In this document: in pieces, positions 19,156 through 29,440 of the stretch
Numbering within the stretch: the first letter of the stretch is position 1
Layout: every line of letters starts with the position of its first letter
Assembly: GCA_963977005.1 (NCBI GenBank)
Contig: CAXBMQ010000024.1
Location: 1,050-65,049 of the forward strand
Length of the DNA stretch: 64,000 nucleotides
Origin: an uncultured Rhodospirillaceae bacterium
GTDB lineage: Bacteria; Pseudomonadota; Alphaproteobacteria; MPNO01; UBA830
Reading direction: 5' to 3'
Notes under the pieces: model-generated
The model's input: only the letters and a program-made list of their open reading frames with translations
Told to the model about the DNA's origin: nothing
The model's database searches: none
Made by a program: the position numbers and the translations under genes

Positions 19156-21224
19156 GCGGCTTCTCCCGTCTCGATGACAAGGTTACCCCAGGGGTCCACG
19201 ACGCAGGACATACCGGCGAGGATCACCGTCGTGGAATCGAACTGCTGGACAACCGCCGGACCGTCGAACCGGTCGCCCGACCGGAGCTTTGCGCGGTCGT
19301 AGATCGCCGCCTGCATAAAATCGGCGACCTCCAGGTCGTATAGCGGCCGCGTGGCGATCCGGGCGTCCGACGCATCTCCGCCTTCCGCGAGCAAAGGCAG
19401 TTGCAGGCGCGGGACGGCAATTTCCGCAATCACCCGGAACGTGACGACCTCCGCGTCTTCATCGGGTGCGCTGGCGCCGTAAATGCGCTGATGCGCCGAA
19501 TCGAAATCCGACTTCAGGGTGGGCTTGTCCGTTTCGGCCAGTGTCCCGGCCGGACAATCGACCGGCAGTTGATAGCCCTGATGCTGATACCGCATATCGA
19601 CCTGTCGGGTCACCGTGACCCGGTCCGGCGCGAACCCCTCCTCGGCCACGTCTGCCCGGGCGCGCGCTTCCAGCCCGGCAAAAATTTCATTGATGCGCGC
19701 GGGCGCGATTTCGGACAACCGTGCGACCGAGGACTGCAGATAGACGTGACGCACCGATGTCTGAAGCAGGCCCATCGCGCTGTTAAGACCGGGATAAAGC
19801 GGTGCGAGGACTTGCGGGATTTTCAGATCGCGCGCCAGCAGGGTGGAATGCAGCGGCCCCGCCCCGCCAAACGCCGCCAGCATATACTTGCGTGGATCCT
19901 CGCCCCGCGACTGGAAGGCAAGTCGCAGGTCGACGGCCATATTCGTGTTTACGATCCTGAGGATACCTGCCGCCGCCTCGACAACGCCCAGCCCCAGCGG
20001 TTCGGCCACATGCGTCCGGATGGCAGCCTCTGCCGCTGCCTTGTCGAGCGTCATCCGCCCGCCGAGCACGTTATCGGCGGCGAGCGCGCCGAGGACGAGA
20101 TTGGCATCCGTGACGGTCGGCAGTTCGCCGCCACGCCCGTAACAGGCGGGACCGGGACTGGCGCCCGCGCTCTCGGGTCCGACCTTCAACAGACCGTCGG
20201 GACCGATCCGGGCAATCGTGCCGCCGCCCGCGCCCAGAGTGCGTACCTGCAGCATCGGCGTGCCGATATCCTGGCCGGCAATCCTGCCTTCGTTCGTTTC
20301 GTCTGCCCGGCCGCCGATGATCATGGCGATGTCGGTCGATGTGCCGCCCATGTCGAGCGTGACGATCTCCTGCTGCCCTGTCATCCGGGCCAGTTCCTCG
20401 CCGGCAACGACACCGCCTGCGGGACCGGACAAGAGCGTCTGGTTCGGAAACCGCGCGCCGATCGTAATCCGCATCAGCCCGCCATTCGACTGCATCAGGA
20501 AAACCTGTGGCGTGACCACGCCCCGGTCTTTCAGCCGGTCGGACAGACGTTCCAGGTAGCGCTGCATGATGGGGCCGACATAGGCGTCGATCACCGTCGT
20601 CGACTGGCGCGGATATTCGCGGATCGTGGGCAGCACCACGGATGACAGCGATACCCGCCACGCATCCGATTCCTTTGCCAGGATTTCGGCCGTCCGCGCC
20701 TCATGCGCCGCATTCTGAAAACTGAACAGGTAGCTCACGGCCACGGACTCCACACCGGCGGCCTTCAGCGCCCCTGCCGCCCGGCGGACCGCGTCTTCAT
20801 TGAGCGGTTCCAGCTCCGTCCCCTGATAATCCATGCGCCCCGGAATGCCATGCGTCAGCGATTGCGGCGCCAGCAGGGGCGGCTTGCGGTAGAACGGGTC
20901 GATCAGGTCCGTCGCCTCGGGTCGCGCCCAGCCACGCGCCTCATAAACGGCGCGAAAGCCGTCGGTAATGAGCAGACCTGTCTTGACGCCCTTGCCTTCG
21001 AGGATCGCATTGGTCGCGACGGTCGTTCCATGCACCAGCGACGCGATATCTGCGGGCTCGACACCCATCGATATCAGTTCGTCGAGGGCCGCCATCACCG
21101 CGTTTGACGGGTCCGCCGGATCGGAGGACACCTTGGCGACGCGCAGGTCGCCGCTATCGACTTCAAAGGCAATCAGGTCGGTGAAAGTGCCGCCGGTGTC
21201 GATCCCGACCATCCATGAAGCCAT
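19152..21224 (-). CDS. Hydantoinase A/oxoprolinase family protein
   Basis: GIDTGGTFTD, HGTTVATNA, SGPAGG, DMGGTSTD, FGGAGPLH; ATGA overlap with the B subunit. Confidence 0.93.
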   Translation of the reverse strand: MASWMVGIDTGGTFTDLIAFEVDSGDLRVAKVSSDPADPSNAVMAALDELISMGVEPADIASLVHGTTVATNAILEGKGVKTGLLITDGFRAVYEARGWARPEATDLIDPFYRKPPLLAPQSLTHGIPGRMDYQGTELEPLNEDAVRRAAGALKAAGVESVAVSYLFSFQNAAHEARTAEILAKESDAWRVSLSSVVLPTIREYPRQSTTVIDAYVGPIMQRYLERLSDRLKDRGVVTPQVFLMQSNGGLMRITIGARFPNQTLLSGPAGGVVAGEELARMTGQQEIVTLDMGGTSTDIAMIIGGRADETNEGRIAGQDIGTPMLQVRTLGAGGGTIARIGPDGLLKVGPESAGASPGPACYGRGGELPTVTDANLVLGALAADNVLGGRMTLDKAAAEAAIRTHVAEPLGLGVVEAAAGILRIVNTNMAVDLRLAFQSRGEDPRKYMLAAFGGAGPLHSTLLARDLKIPQVLAPLYPGLNSAMGLLQTSVRHVYLQSSVARLSEIAPARINEIFAGLEARARADVAEEGFAPDRVTVTRQVDMRYQHQGYQLPVDCPAGTLAETDKPTLKSDFDSAHQRIYGASAPDEDAEVVTFRVIAEIAVPRLQLPLLAEGGDASDARIATRPLYDLEVADFMQAAIYDRAKLRSGDRFDGPAVVQQFDSTTVILAGMSCVVDPWGNLVIETGEAA

Positions 21225-21239
21225 CGCTTCGTCTCCCGG

Positions 21240-22355
21240 CTAAGTGGTGGAGACCGCATCGATATGGACGTGCACGGCTTCGGGCCCGTCGACGATCTCC
21301 CGGCCGAGAACCCTGACCGCCTTATCCGCCTGGTCGACCGGATAGTGGTGGGTACAGAGTTTTTTGAGGGTGTCGCCCTTTCGGCGGATGATGTCGATGG
21401 ACTTTTCGACAGAAGACCACGTCGACGACAACACGCCGAGCATCGCGATCTCCTTGGTAATCAGTTTATCGGAGATAAAACCGGGGATCGGCGCGAAGCT
21501 TTTCAGGCCGGCGACGACCACCTTGCCGCCGGGCCGGACCATTTCGATCGCATCGGTGATCGGTTTGGTCGCGAATGCCGACACGTCGACGACGATATCC
21601 GCCAGTTTCCCGTTTGTCAGCGCGATAACCTGTTCGACGGGATCGTCATCGTCCACCACAACAGTCGCATCCGCACCAAGCTCTCGCGCCAGCGACAGCC
21701 GCAGCGTATCGCTGCTGGTTCCGGTCACGATAATCTGCCCGGCGCCGGCTTCACGCGCCGCAACCACCGCCAGCAGGCCGCGCTGCCCCGGGCCTTCGAT
21801 GACCACCGTATCGCCAATCCCGGTTTCAGGGCGCTCGACCGCCCAGCGGACGGCGTTCGACATGGGATTGAAGAGGCTCATGATATCGGTCGGCACGTCG
21901 GACGGCGCCTTGTGCAGCGTGGCGCCCGGATGCAGGTACATATGGGTCGCATAGCCGCCCCACAGATGCGGCGCATTGTTAAACCCCATGCGCAACCCGT
22001 AGCCCATGCCGTTCTTGCACAGCACGGGGCGGCCGACCTGGCACTGGAAGCACTGGCCGCAGGGGATGGAGGCCTCGACCGTGACGCGGTCGCCCTCTTT
22101 CACGTCCCACCGCTTGGCGGCTTCCGGGCCGACCTTTTCGACCCAGCCGAGAATCTCGTGGCCGGGAATGATCGGGCGCACCGCCCAGGGCGTGTTGTCG
22201 AGATGGCCGAGATACTGTTCCCAGTCGGTGCCGCAAAGCCCCGCCGCCTCGACCCGCAGAATGCCGTCATCGGGGCCGATCTCGGGGATATCGACTTCCC
22301 GGTACTCGAACGTCCGCGGTTCGGTCAGCACCGCGACCTTGGCCATCTCCGCCAT
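21240..22355 (-). CDS. Zinc-binding alcohol dehydrogenase (MDR)
   Basis: GLCGTD, GHE, CGQCFQC...C structural Zn site, GPGQRG. Confidence 0.9.
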   Translation of the reverse strand: MAEMAKVAVLTEPRTFEYREVDIPEIGPDDGILRVEAAGLCGTDWEQYLGHLDNTPWAVRPIIPGHEILGWVEKVGPEAAKRWDVKEGDRVTVEASIPCGQCFQCQVGRPVLCKNGMGYGLRMGFNNAPHLWGGYATHMYLHPGATLHKAPSDVPTDIMSLFNPMSNAVRWAVERPETGIGDTVVIEGPGQRGLLAVVAAREAGAGQIIVTGTSSDTLRLSLARELGADATVVVDDDDPVEQVIALTNGKLADIVVDVSAFATKPITDAIEMVRPGGKVVVAGLKSFAPIPGFISDKLITKEIAMLGVLSSTWSSVEKSIDIIRRKGDTLKKLCTHHYPVDQADKAVRVLGREIVDGPEAVHVHIDAVSTT

Positions 22356-22477
22356 GTTCCATCCTCCCGCTGCGGCAAAACGCCGATTTATTGCTTAGAT
22401 TGCTAACGATCCTGCCACTGGCAGGACCGTTGTGCAACGGGAGTCGACGACCTGTCCGGTGTCGGATGTTTATGAAA

Positions 22478-25400
22478 TCACCGCGTGAGTCTGACCCTCT
22501 GCGCATTATTACCGGACTGGCACGCAGCCTGAATCATCGCGCCGTTACTCTGCCGCTGCATGCACAGGCCGCTATTGCGGTTTTTGACCAGGAAACTCCC
22601 GCTGCGCCCGGACACAGCCAACCATTGCTGGCTTGCTCCGCGATGACATGTGTATTGAACGATGCGCGCACCGGAGGATTTGGTGGCATTCAGCACATCC
22701 AGGCACTTTTTCCCATACTCGAGGCGAGGCCGAATAACGAAGTATCCGCTTTCGTCCAGGTATTCGATCGAATGACGGATACCGTTATGCGCCAGGGCCT
22801 GCTTGACCCTCGCCAGCTTTTCCCGGGTTCCGTTTCCGGAAATACGGCGCTTGCTGCAGGTGTAGCTTCCGACCCCGGCATTATTCGCCTTGTTATTAAC
22901 GACCGTGAGGCACTGCTGTCCGATCGCGAGCTTGGTGGCGACGGTCTTGTGGGTCCATGTGCGGCGATTGCCGGCGCCGACATTCCGCAATTTGACCCGC
23001 TGTGTCGGGTGTTTAGCGACATCGCAACGTTTCAGACTCCACTTCGCAAAATTGTCGACATTGCCCAGCTTGCTGGTCAGGCACAGCCCGTTATGAACAT
23101 TGCGGAATACGAACACGCCATTCAGCATGTGGGTCGGGTTTTTATTTCCTTGCGCGATATTGCCGTTCGCCGCGACCGGTTGGGCGGTCCACAGGTTCCA
23201 CGGCTGGTAGTCGCACCCCCCGCCGAAGGCATTACGTCCGCCGCGATTGGCGTCGGTGGAAATGCAGGTTTTCTTCTGCGCGTTCACGAGTGCGAACTGA
23301 TGCGCGTTGACAAAACCGATCGTGTAGACCAGATGCCGGTTCCGGTATGCTGGCGCCGCATTGCAGGCATAGACGTGATTTTCCGCATGACAGGCCCATT
23401 CCCCGTACATGTGGATCGGCAGAAGGTATTCCTTCGAGAAGCGGTACTTGCGGTGATAGTCCTCGAACAGGGTCACGGCGGTCCAGTCCCGCTTCTTTCC
23501 GGAAACAGCACCGCACCTGACCAGTGTAATCCACCCGATGCGACCGGGCTTGTTGGCCGGAACGGCGCATAGCCCGTTCGACGTGCGCATCCGCCCGAAT
23601 TCGTCGATCGACCATTTCTGGCTCGGTTTGTTCAGACAGTTCCAGGTTTGCACGTTCTGGCCCACGCGCCTGTCCTTCGCATCGAGGCATCGCCCGTTCG
23701 GTGTCTGGATCCAGCCGTTGGCCTGGAGGCGCCACTGCTGCCACCAGCCGCCGCTGCACGGATAGGTTTGAACATGCTGACCGTTGTGGACCACGGCATT
23801 GATAATATCGAGGCACCTGGGATCGTTACTGCCACGACGGGTATCCACCAACATCTGATAGCCGCGGGTCATGCAGCGTTTGATGGTATGGTTCCAGAAC
23901 TCGTTATCGCGGCAATCGTTGGCATTCGGCGGACGTGGCGGGGGGCTTTTTTTGCCCTTGCCAAACAGCTTTTTGACCGCGCCGACACCGCCGCCGATCG
24001 CGTTGGAAAAAGCCTTGCCGACAGATCCGGCGACGTTGGTCGCGATATTCTTGCTAAGATTCGCGGCTAGCTTCGCGGCCGCCGCCGCTTCTTTCGCGCG
24101 TTTCGCGGTTTCCCTGGCCGCGGCTTCGGCCGCCTTCTTCGCCGCCTCCGCTGCTTTCTTCGCGCCGTCCGCCGCCTTGTCGGCCTTGATCAGCTTCGCC
24201 GCTTCGCCCGCCGCCTTAACGGTCTTGCCACCGGCGAATTTGACGGCATTCGATGCCAGCTTCGTCGCTTCGTTCTTCTGCATCAGATTGTCGGCGAATT
24301 CGGCAACCTTCTTGCCGCCCTTGAAGGCGTATACGACGCCGTCCTTGATGGCATAAAGAAGCCCGGCACCGCATTTGATCATCTTGCCTGCATCCGGCAC
24401 CGCATTCAGCGGTTTGAACGGCAGGTTCTTCAGCGAAATCCTGCGCGGATCGGTAATCTTCACACCGGCCGAGACGTCGAACGGATAGGTGCAGGTGGCA
24501 TCGCTACGGAAACGCGCCTCTGTCGGCTTGAGATCGACCAGGAAGTCCCGCCCGCCGAGCTTGCCGGCCTTGATCGTGCCGGTCACACCGAAGAACTGGC
24601 GCTTGGCATCAAGCTGGGTATCGAGCGTACCCGACATGCCCGCACGGCCGAACGGCCCGAGCGACAGTGTATCTCCCACCTTGCCGGAGGCCGTCATCCC
24701 GGATTTGCTCAGCTCGCCCTTGAAGGCGGCGACATTCATACCCAGTGCCCGCGCCGCCCCGTTCAGACGGATCAGGGGGCCTTCTTCCTCGCCCAGCTTG
24801 CCCTTGGGGCCGACGGCCTGGACCGAATAATATTTCGGCGGCGGAATCTCGCCCTGTTTGGGCTTGTAGCGTTTCAGGGCGCTTTGGGTAATTTTCATCG
24901 CATCCAGCGGCAGCGCGTTCACGCCTTTCTTTACGCCCTTGATCATTGCGTTCGAAAACCCGGAAACACCGTCAACGAAAGCCAGCTTTTTCGTGCCCGT
25001 CATCGGTATCTGGAAGGACAGCATCAGGTTCAGATACTGTTTGTAGGACAGTTCATGCGCGCCGAAGGCAAAGGCGATTTTTTTCAGATCGTCCGGCGGC
25101 ACGTTCTTGCGCGGCACGGGGCCATCGTAATAGAGCACGAAATTGTTGCCCTTGTTCACATGCCCGTAACCGAAGACTTTCATGATCAGGTCGGTATTGA
25201 TGCCGATGGTCGTATCCCAGATTGTCGTGCCGTCGAGATTGAACGGCTTCTTCCAGGCGCCGTGGCGGATCAGTTCCGCATAGAACGTATTGTCGTCCGC
25301 ATCCGGCGCGTTGCCGCTGATGCTGTATTCGGGCTGTTCCATGCCGACACGCAGGGTCAGGTCCTTGTTCGGCAAGCCGATCGCCTTGACCGCGCCGGCA

Positions 25401-26815
25401 AATACGCCGCGCAGCGTGATCGCCGCCGCAGCCTGAAAGCCGGCGGGGAAGCTGATATTGTCCTTGTACTGCTTTTTCACGACGGTGCGCAGTGCGGGCG
25501 GCAGGTCCTTGAGCGAGATTTCCTCGCGCTTGCGCTTGCCCTTGTTGAGTTCCTTCGCCTGGGTTTTCACCGCCGACAGGATCAGATCGGACAGATCGGA
25601 TCCTTTGAAATTATTGAAAAAGCCCGGCAGGTTCGGCGTAATCCGGCCCTTGATCAAAAAGAACGCGCTGGTGCCGGAACCGGAATTCTTGGTAGCGCCG
25701 GGCTTTTCGAAGAAAACGTATACGTTTCCCTTGTTGGCGGAATAGTAGTTGCTGCCCTTGGTCAGCTTGACACTGCCCACGAGCGATTTGATCTGCTTGG
25801 CGATCGCTGCGGGGGCCAGGGGCATTGTCTTGAGCAGGTTGTCCGCGATCGCCTGGAACCGGGCAACATCGGCTTTCGACGCGCCGCTCTGGGTAAACGA
25901 GATGACTTTTACCGGTTTCGGGTCAGATCCCGGCGCGCTCTGGCTGCCGCCGGTCGCCCTGGCATCGCGCCAGATCTGCTGTTTGCTGTTTGCGCCATAC
26001 GGCTTGCCCGCGGGGTCGACGCTGATGCGGTGCAGCGTACCGTTGCCGTTGGCCCAGCTTCCCTTCACTTTGGGATCGTATTTCCAGACCGAACCGCCGC
26101 CCTTGCCGGTGCTGTAGCCGCGTGACGCGACGCCCCAGACGTCCCCGTTACCGCCGATACCGAGATCGAGCGCCTTGCCTTCGAGCCTGACCCATTTTTT
26201 GCCGTCGTGCCGGAAAACGTCGTTCTTCTTGTTTACCCCCCAGGCGTTGCCCTTCGGGTCGACATCGATCCGCATCAATTCGCCGGGAACCCGCTGCCAT
26301 TTCCATTTTCCGGGAGTATAGCGCGACCGCCATATCTGCCCCCCTCCGGCGCCCTGCTGGGTGTTCGTCAGCCACACCCAGCCGCCGCCGATGCCGACAT
26401 CCATCGTGCGGACGCCTGCCTGCTGCCAGCGCGCGCCCTTCTTGCCGCTGTGATAGTGAAGCGTGCCGTCGTTGCGCACCGCCATCACCGATCCGTCGGG
26501 AGCGACGTCGATATTCTGGAGATTCGTCAGGCCGGGGAACTTCACCCACTTCTTGCCGTCGAGACGCCACGCCTGGCGGCCGGGGCCGATGCTCCAGACG
26601 GTGCCCGCGTGACCGACGCCGATATCCAGCGATTTTCCGGGTAGCGATTGCCATTTCGGACTCTGTGCGGCGGCCGGCGCCACGACCCCCGCCATGGATA
26701 TCGCGACAAGCGCACCGGCAACACCGGTCCTCAAACAGCCTATTGAACAACTCATACTACGCCCCTTTATTTTAGCCCCGGCAGATGCCTTTGCCGGCAT
26801 GTCTACCAATTTCAC
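22478..26815 (-). CDS. Large secreted protein: tectonin beta-propeller + unknown central region + Ala/Lys helical linker + ricin-B lectin domains
   Basis: Signal peptide ...VVAPAAA|Q; six W-x3-G...I-x-V...W repeats; CLD...C...QxW repeats at the C-terminus; true start may be downstream (e.g. 26755). Confidence 0.8.
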   Translation of the reverse strand: MKLVDMPAKASAGAKIKGRSMSCSIGCLRTGVAGALVAISMAGVVAPAAAQSPKWQSLPGKSLDIGVGHAGTVWSIGPGRQAWRLDGKKWVKFPGLTNLQNIDVAPDGSVMAVRNDGTLHYHSGKKGARWQQAGVRTMDVGIGGGWVWLTNTQQGAGGGQIWRSRYTPGKWKWQRVPGELMRIDVDPKGNAWGVNKKNDVFRHDGKKWVRLEGKALDLGIGGNGDVWGVASRGYSTGKGGGSVWKYDPKVKGSWANGNGTLHRISVDPAGKPYGANSKQQIWRDARATGGSQSAPGSDPKPVKVISFTQSGASKADVARFQAIADNLLKTMPLAPAAIAKQIKSLVGSVKLTKGSNYYSANKGNVYVFFEKPGATKNSGSGTSAFFLIKGRITPNLPGFFNNFKGSDLSDLILSAVKTQAKELNKGKRKREEISLKDLPPALRTVVKKQYKDNISFPAGFQAAAAITLRGVFAGAVKAIGLPNKDLTLRVGMEQPEYSISGNAPDADDNTFYAELIRHGAWKKPFNLDGTTIWDTTIGINTDLIMKVFGYGHVNKGNNFVLYYDGPVPRKNVPPDDLKKIAFAFGAHELSYKQYLNLMLSFQIPMTGTKKLAFVDGVSGFSNAMIKGVKKGVNALPLDAMKITQSALKRYKPKQGEIPPPKYYSVQAVGPKGKLGEEEGPLIRLNGAARALGMNVAAFKGELSKSGMTASGKVGDTLSLGPFGRAGMSGTLDTQLDAKRQFFGVTGTIKAGKLGGRDFLVDLKPTEARFRSDATCTYPFDVSAGVKITDPRRISLKNLPFKPLNAVPDAGKMIKCGAGLLYAIKDGVVYAFKGGKKVAEFADNLMQKNEATKLASNAVKFAGGKTVKAAGEAAKLIKADKAADGAKKAAEAAKKAAEAAARETAKRAKEAAAAAKLAANLSKNIATNVAGSVGKAFSNAIGGGVGAVKKLFGKGKKSPPPRPPNANDCRDNEFWNHTIKRCMTRGYQMLVDTRRGSNDPRCLDIINAVVHNGQHVQTYPCSGGWWQQWRLQANGWIQTPNGRCLDAKDRRVGQNVQTWNCLNKPSQKWSIDEFGRMRTSNGLCAVPANKPGRIGWITLVRCGAVSGKKRDWTAVTLFEDYHRKYRFSKEYLLPIHMYGEWACHAENHVYACNAAPAYRNRHLVYTIGFVNAHQFALVNAQKKTCISTDANRGGRNAFGGGCDYQPWNLWTAQPVAANGNIAQGNKNPTHMLNGVFVFRNVHNGLCLTSKLGNVDNFAKWSLKRCDVAKHPTQRVKLRNVGAGNRRTWTHKTVATKLAIGQQCLTVVNNKANNAGVGSYTCSKRRISGNGTREKLARVKQALAHNGIRHSIEYLDESGYFVIRPRLEYGKKCLDVLNATKSSGARIVQYTCHRGASQQWLAVSGRSGSFLVKNRNSGLCMQRQSNGAMIQAACQSGNNAQRVRLTR

Positions 26816-26968
26816 CCTTCATCGCAGGCGCCAACCTGCCCGGTTCAACCTGAACCAAATCTGAATGGGTTTTGCCTCAGCAGCGGCAAAGACTCAAGGA
26901 TCAGTGCTTCCGGTGCGGCACCGGGATACCGTATAGTCCTCGAAAATATGATGAACGGGAGAAATTCA

Positions 26969-27832
26969 ATGACCAAGCCGTGCCCGGGGCCAGCGCCTGC
27001 CTCTCCCCCGAAACTGAAAGCGCCGCCGGGTGCCTGCGACACCCACGCCCATATTGTCGGTCCGTTCGACCGGTTCCCGCTTGCCGAAGAGCGCGGATAC
27101 ACCCCGCCGGTGTCGGATCTCGCGGCTTTCGAGGCATTTCAGAAAACACTCGGCATCGATCGCGCCGTCATCGTCCACCCCAGCTGCTACGGCACGATGA
27201 TGGATATCACCATCGACGCCGTCACCCGGATGGGCGACCGTGCCCGCGGCATCGCCGTCGTGGATCCGTCGATCACGGACGCGGAGCTCGACCGGCTGGA
27301 TGAAGCCGGCTTTCGCGGGCTGCGCTTCACCACACTTCTGAAGGGTGGTGCCGATGTCAGCGGCATCGCAGCGATGGCGGAGCGAATCAAACGCCTCGGC
27401 TGGCACATCCAGATGTTTATAGATGCAGAGAACCAGCTTCTTGATCTGTTACCTGCCCTCAAGGAATTGCCGGTAGACCTCGTCCTCGACCACATGGGGC
27501 ATTTCCAGCCAGGCGCCGGGGTCGATCACCCGGCATTCCAGGCAATGCTGAAGCTGGTGGAAGGCGGCAGGTGCTGGGTCAAGCTGTCGGGTGCCTATCG
27601 CGCGTCGAATGCAGCGCCGGACTGGGACGACATGACCGGTTACGCGACCGCGTTGATCGAAACGCGACCCGACCGGATGGTCTGGGCCACCGACTGGCCT
27701 CACGTGATGCTGTGGGACAAACCGATGCCCGAAGGAGCCGATCTGCTCGACTGGGCGCTGTCCTGGAAGGTCGACGAGACCACGCTGAAACAGATCATGG
27801 TCGACAACCCGGCGGAACTATACGGGTTCTGA
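26969..27832 (+). CDS. Amidohydrolase, LigI (2-pyrone-4,6-dicarboxylate lactonase)-like
   Basis: GACDTHAHIVGP, LDHMG, WVKLSGAYR, WATDWPH, VDNPAELYGF. Confidence 0.88.
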   Translation: MTKPCPGPAPASPPKLKAPPGACDTHAHIVGPFDRFPLAEERGYTPPVSDLAAFEAFQKTLGIDRAVIVHPSCYGTMMDITIDAVTRMGDRARGIAVVDPSITDAELDRLDEAGFRGLRFTTLLKGGADVSGIAAMAERIKRLGWHIQMFIDAENQLLDLLPALKELPVDLVLDHMGHFQPGAGVDHPAFQAMLKLVEGGRCWVKLSGAYRASNAAPDWDDMTGYATALIETRPDRMVWATDWPHVMLWDKPMPEGADLLDWALSWKVDETTLKQIMVDNPAELYGF

Positions 27833-27839
27833 CCGGCGA

Positions 27840-28523
27840 TCAGGCAGTTTGCTTCAGGGGAGCGATACACCCGGCATCGTCGTTCCGCACATTGTTGACC
27901 CGCGTGGAAACCCGGTAAAATGCCATTTCATCGGGCGGAAATGCCCGGATAACGTTGGCCGCCTCGGCCGGGCTGCCGGTGAGCCAGCGATCGAAATCGG
28001 CCGGATCGACGATGACCGGCATACGGTGATGGATGGGGGCCAGTTTCGCGTTCGCGTCCGTGGTGACGATCGTATACGTTTCAACCGTCTCGCCCACGTT
28101 TTCGGCATCTTCGGGCGCGGTCCACGTTTCCCACAGCCCGGCAAACACGAACGGTTTACCGCCCCTGAAACCGATCCGGAAAGGCTGTTTTGCATCGCCT
28201 TCCTTGCGCCATTCGTAAAAACCGTCGGCCGGTATCAGGCAACGGCGTTCCCGATAGGCATCGCGGAAGGACGGTTTCTGCGCGACCGTCTCGCCACGCG
28301 CGTTGATGAGCTTGGATGCCACAGACATATCCGCCGACCAGGACGGTATCAGCCCCCAGCGCAGCATATCGATTTTCCGCCCGCCGTCCCCGTCGGCGCG
28401 CACCACCGGCGCCATCTGGGTCGGCGCTATATTGAAACGCGGTTCCAGATTGGGCGTGACCGCGAAGTTGATCAGCGTCCGCAGCATCTCGGGGGTGATG
28501 GTCAGAGTGTATCTTCCGCACAT
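27840..28523 (-). CDS. SOS response-associated peptidase (SRAP/YedK)
   Basis: MCGRY N-terminus, RFNIAPTQ, INARGE, GFYEW, IHHRMPVI. Confidence 0.95.
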   Translation of the reverse strand: MCGRYTLTITPEMLRTLINFAVTPNLEPRFNIAPTQMAPVVRADGDGGRKIDMLRWGLIPSWSADMSVASKLINARGETVAQKPSFRDAYRERRCLIPADGFYEWRKEGDAKQPFRIGFRGGKPFVFAGLWETWTAPEDAENVGETVETYTIVTTDANAKLAPIHHRMPVIVDPADFDRWLTGSPAEAANVIRAFPPDEMAFYRVSTRVNNVRNDDAGCIAPLKQTA

Positions 28524-28585
28524 GGCACCAGTTTAACCGATCGATCATCCGCGCGCCCGTATTGTCGCTGTCGCGATGCATCACT

Positions 28586-29440
28586 ATGATGCCGCTCCGA
28601 ATTAATGGAGTTTCCTTGGCTTTTTCAGATAGTGAGCGTCGCGACCTTATGGCGGCCGCGACCGACATCGCGGACCGCGCCGGGAAAGTGATTCTCGAGG
28701 TCTACGACACCGATTTCGACGTGCGCCGCAAAGACGACAATTCACCCGTCACGGAAGCCGACGAGCGGGCCGAGGCTCTGATCCTGCCGGCGCTACGCGA
28801 TCTGCTGCCCGGTATCCCCGCAATCGGCGAAGAAGCGGTATCGCAGGGCGATGCCGAAACCGTCGCCGGCGATGTTTTCTGGCTGGTCGACCCGGTCGAC
28901 GGGACGAAGGAATTTCTGCGCCGGAGCGGAGAATTCACCGTCAATATCGCGCTGATCGAAAACACGGTGCCCGTTCTCGGCGTCGTGACAGCGCCTGCCT
29001 TGAAACGCGGTTTCCGCGCCTGCGGTATCGGTACCGCGGAGCGGCGGGAAGGCTTCGGCAAAGACAGCGATGGCGAGCATGGCTTGGACGAGGACAATGG
29101 CAAATGGCGGCCGATCTCTGTGCGGTCGATCCCGCCCGCGGGCGCCATCGTGGCGTCGAGCCGGTCCCATGGCGACCGCACGAAAATCGAAGAACTGCTG
29201 GCCGGCATGAACATCCAGAAGCACGTAACCGCCGGCAGTTCCCTGAAATTCTGTCTTCTGGCCGAAGGATCGGCGGATGTGTATCCCCGCTACGGACCGA
29301 CATCCGAATGGGATACGGCGGCGGGTCACGCCGTCCTCTCCGGCGCGGGCGGCAGCGTCCGGACGTTTGACGGCGCAGAGATGGCCTACCGCAAGCCGGG
29401 ATGGCGAAACCCGGAATTCATCGCCCGCGGCGCCCAGTGA
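28586..29440 (+). CDS. cysQ: 3'(2'),5'-bisphosphate nucleotidase
   Basis: SPVTEAD, WLVDPVDGTKEF, FTVNIALI, GSSLKFC, EWDTAAGHA; start uncertain (28586/28649). Confidence 0.92.
   Translation: MMPLRINGVSLAFSDSERRDLMAAATDIADRAGKVILEVYDTDFDVRRKDDNSPVTEADERAEALILPALRDLLPGIPAIGEEAVSQGDAETVAGDVFWLVDPVDGTKEFLRRSGEFTVNIALIENTVPVLGVVTAPALKRGFRACGIGTAERREGFGKDSDGEHGLDEDNGKWRPISVRSIPPAGAIVASSRSHGDRTKIEELLAGMNIQKHVTAGSSLKFCLLAEGSADVYPRYGPTSEWDTAAGHAVLSGAGGSVRTFDGAEMAYRKPGWRNPEFIARGAQ

Noticed and set aside
26842-26856. Palindrome GGTTCA-acc-TGAACC between divergent genes
   Set aside because: Single 6-bp-arm palindrome, plausible by chance; no adjacent regulator to assign
27840-28523. SRAP gene as a marker of a prophage or mobile element
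   Set aside because: No integrase, transposase, phage genes, att-like repeats or composition shift nearby
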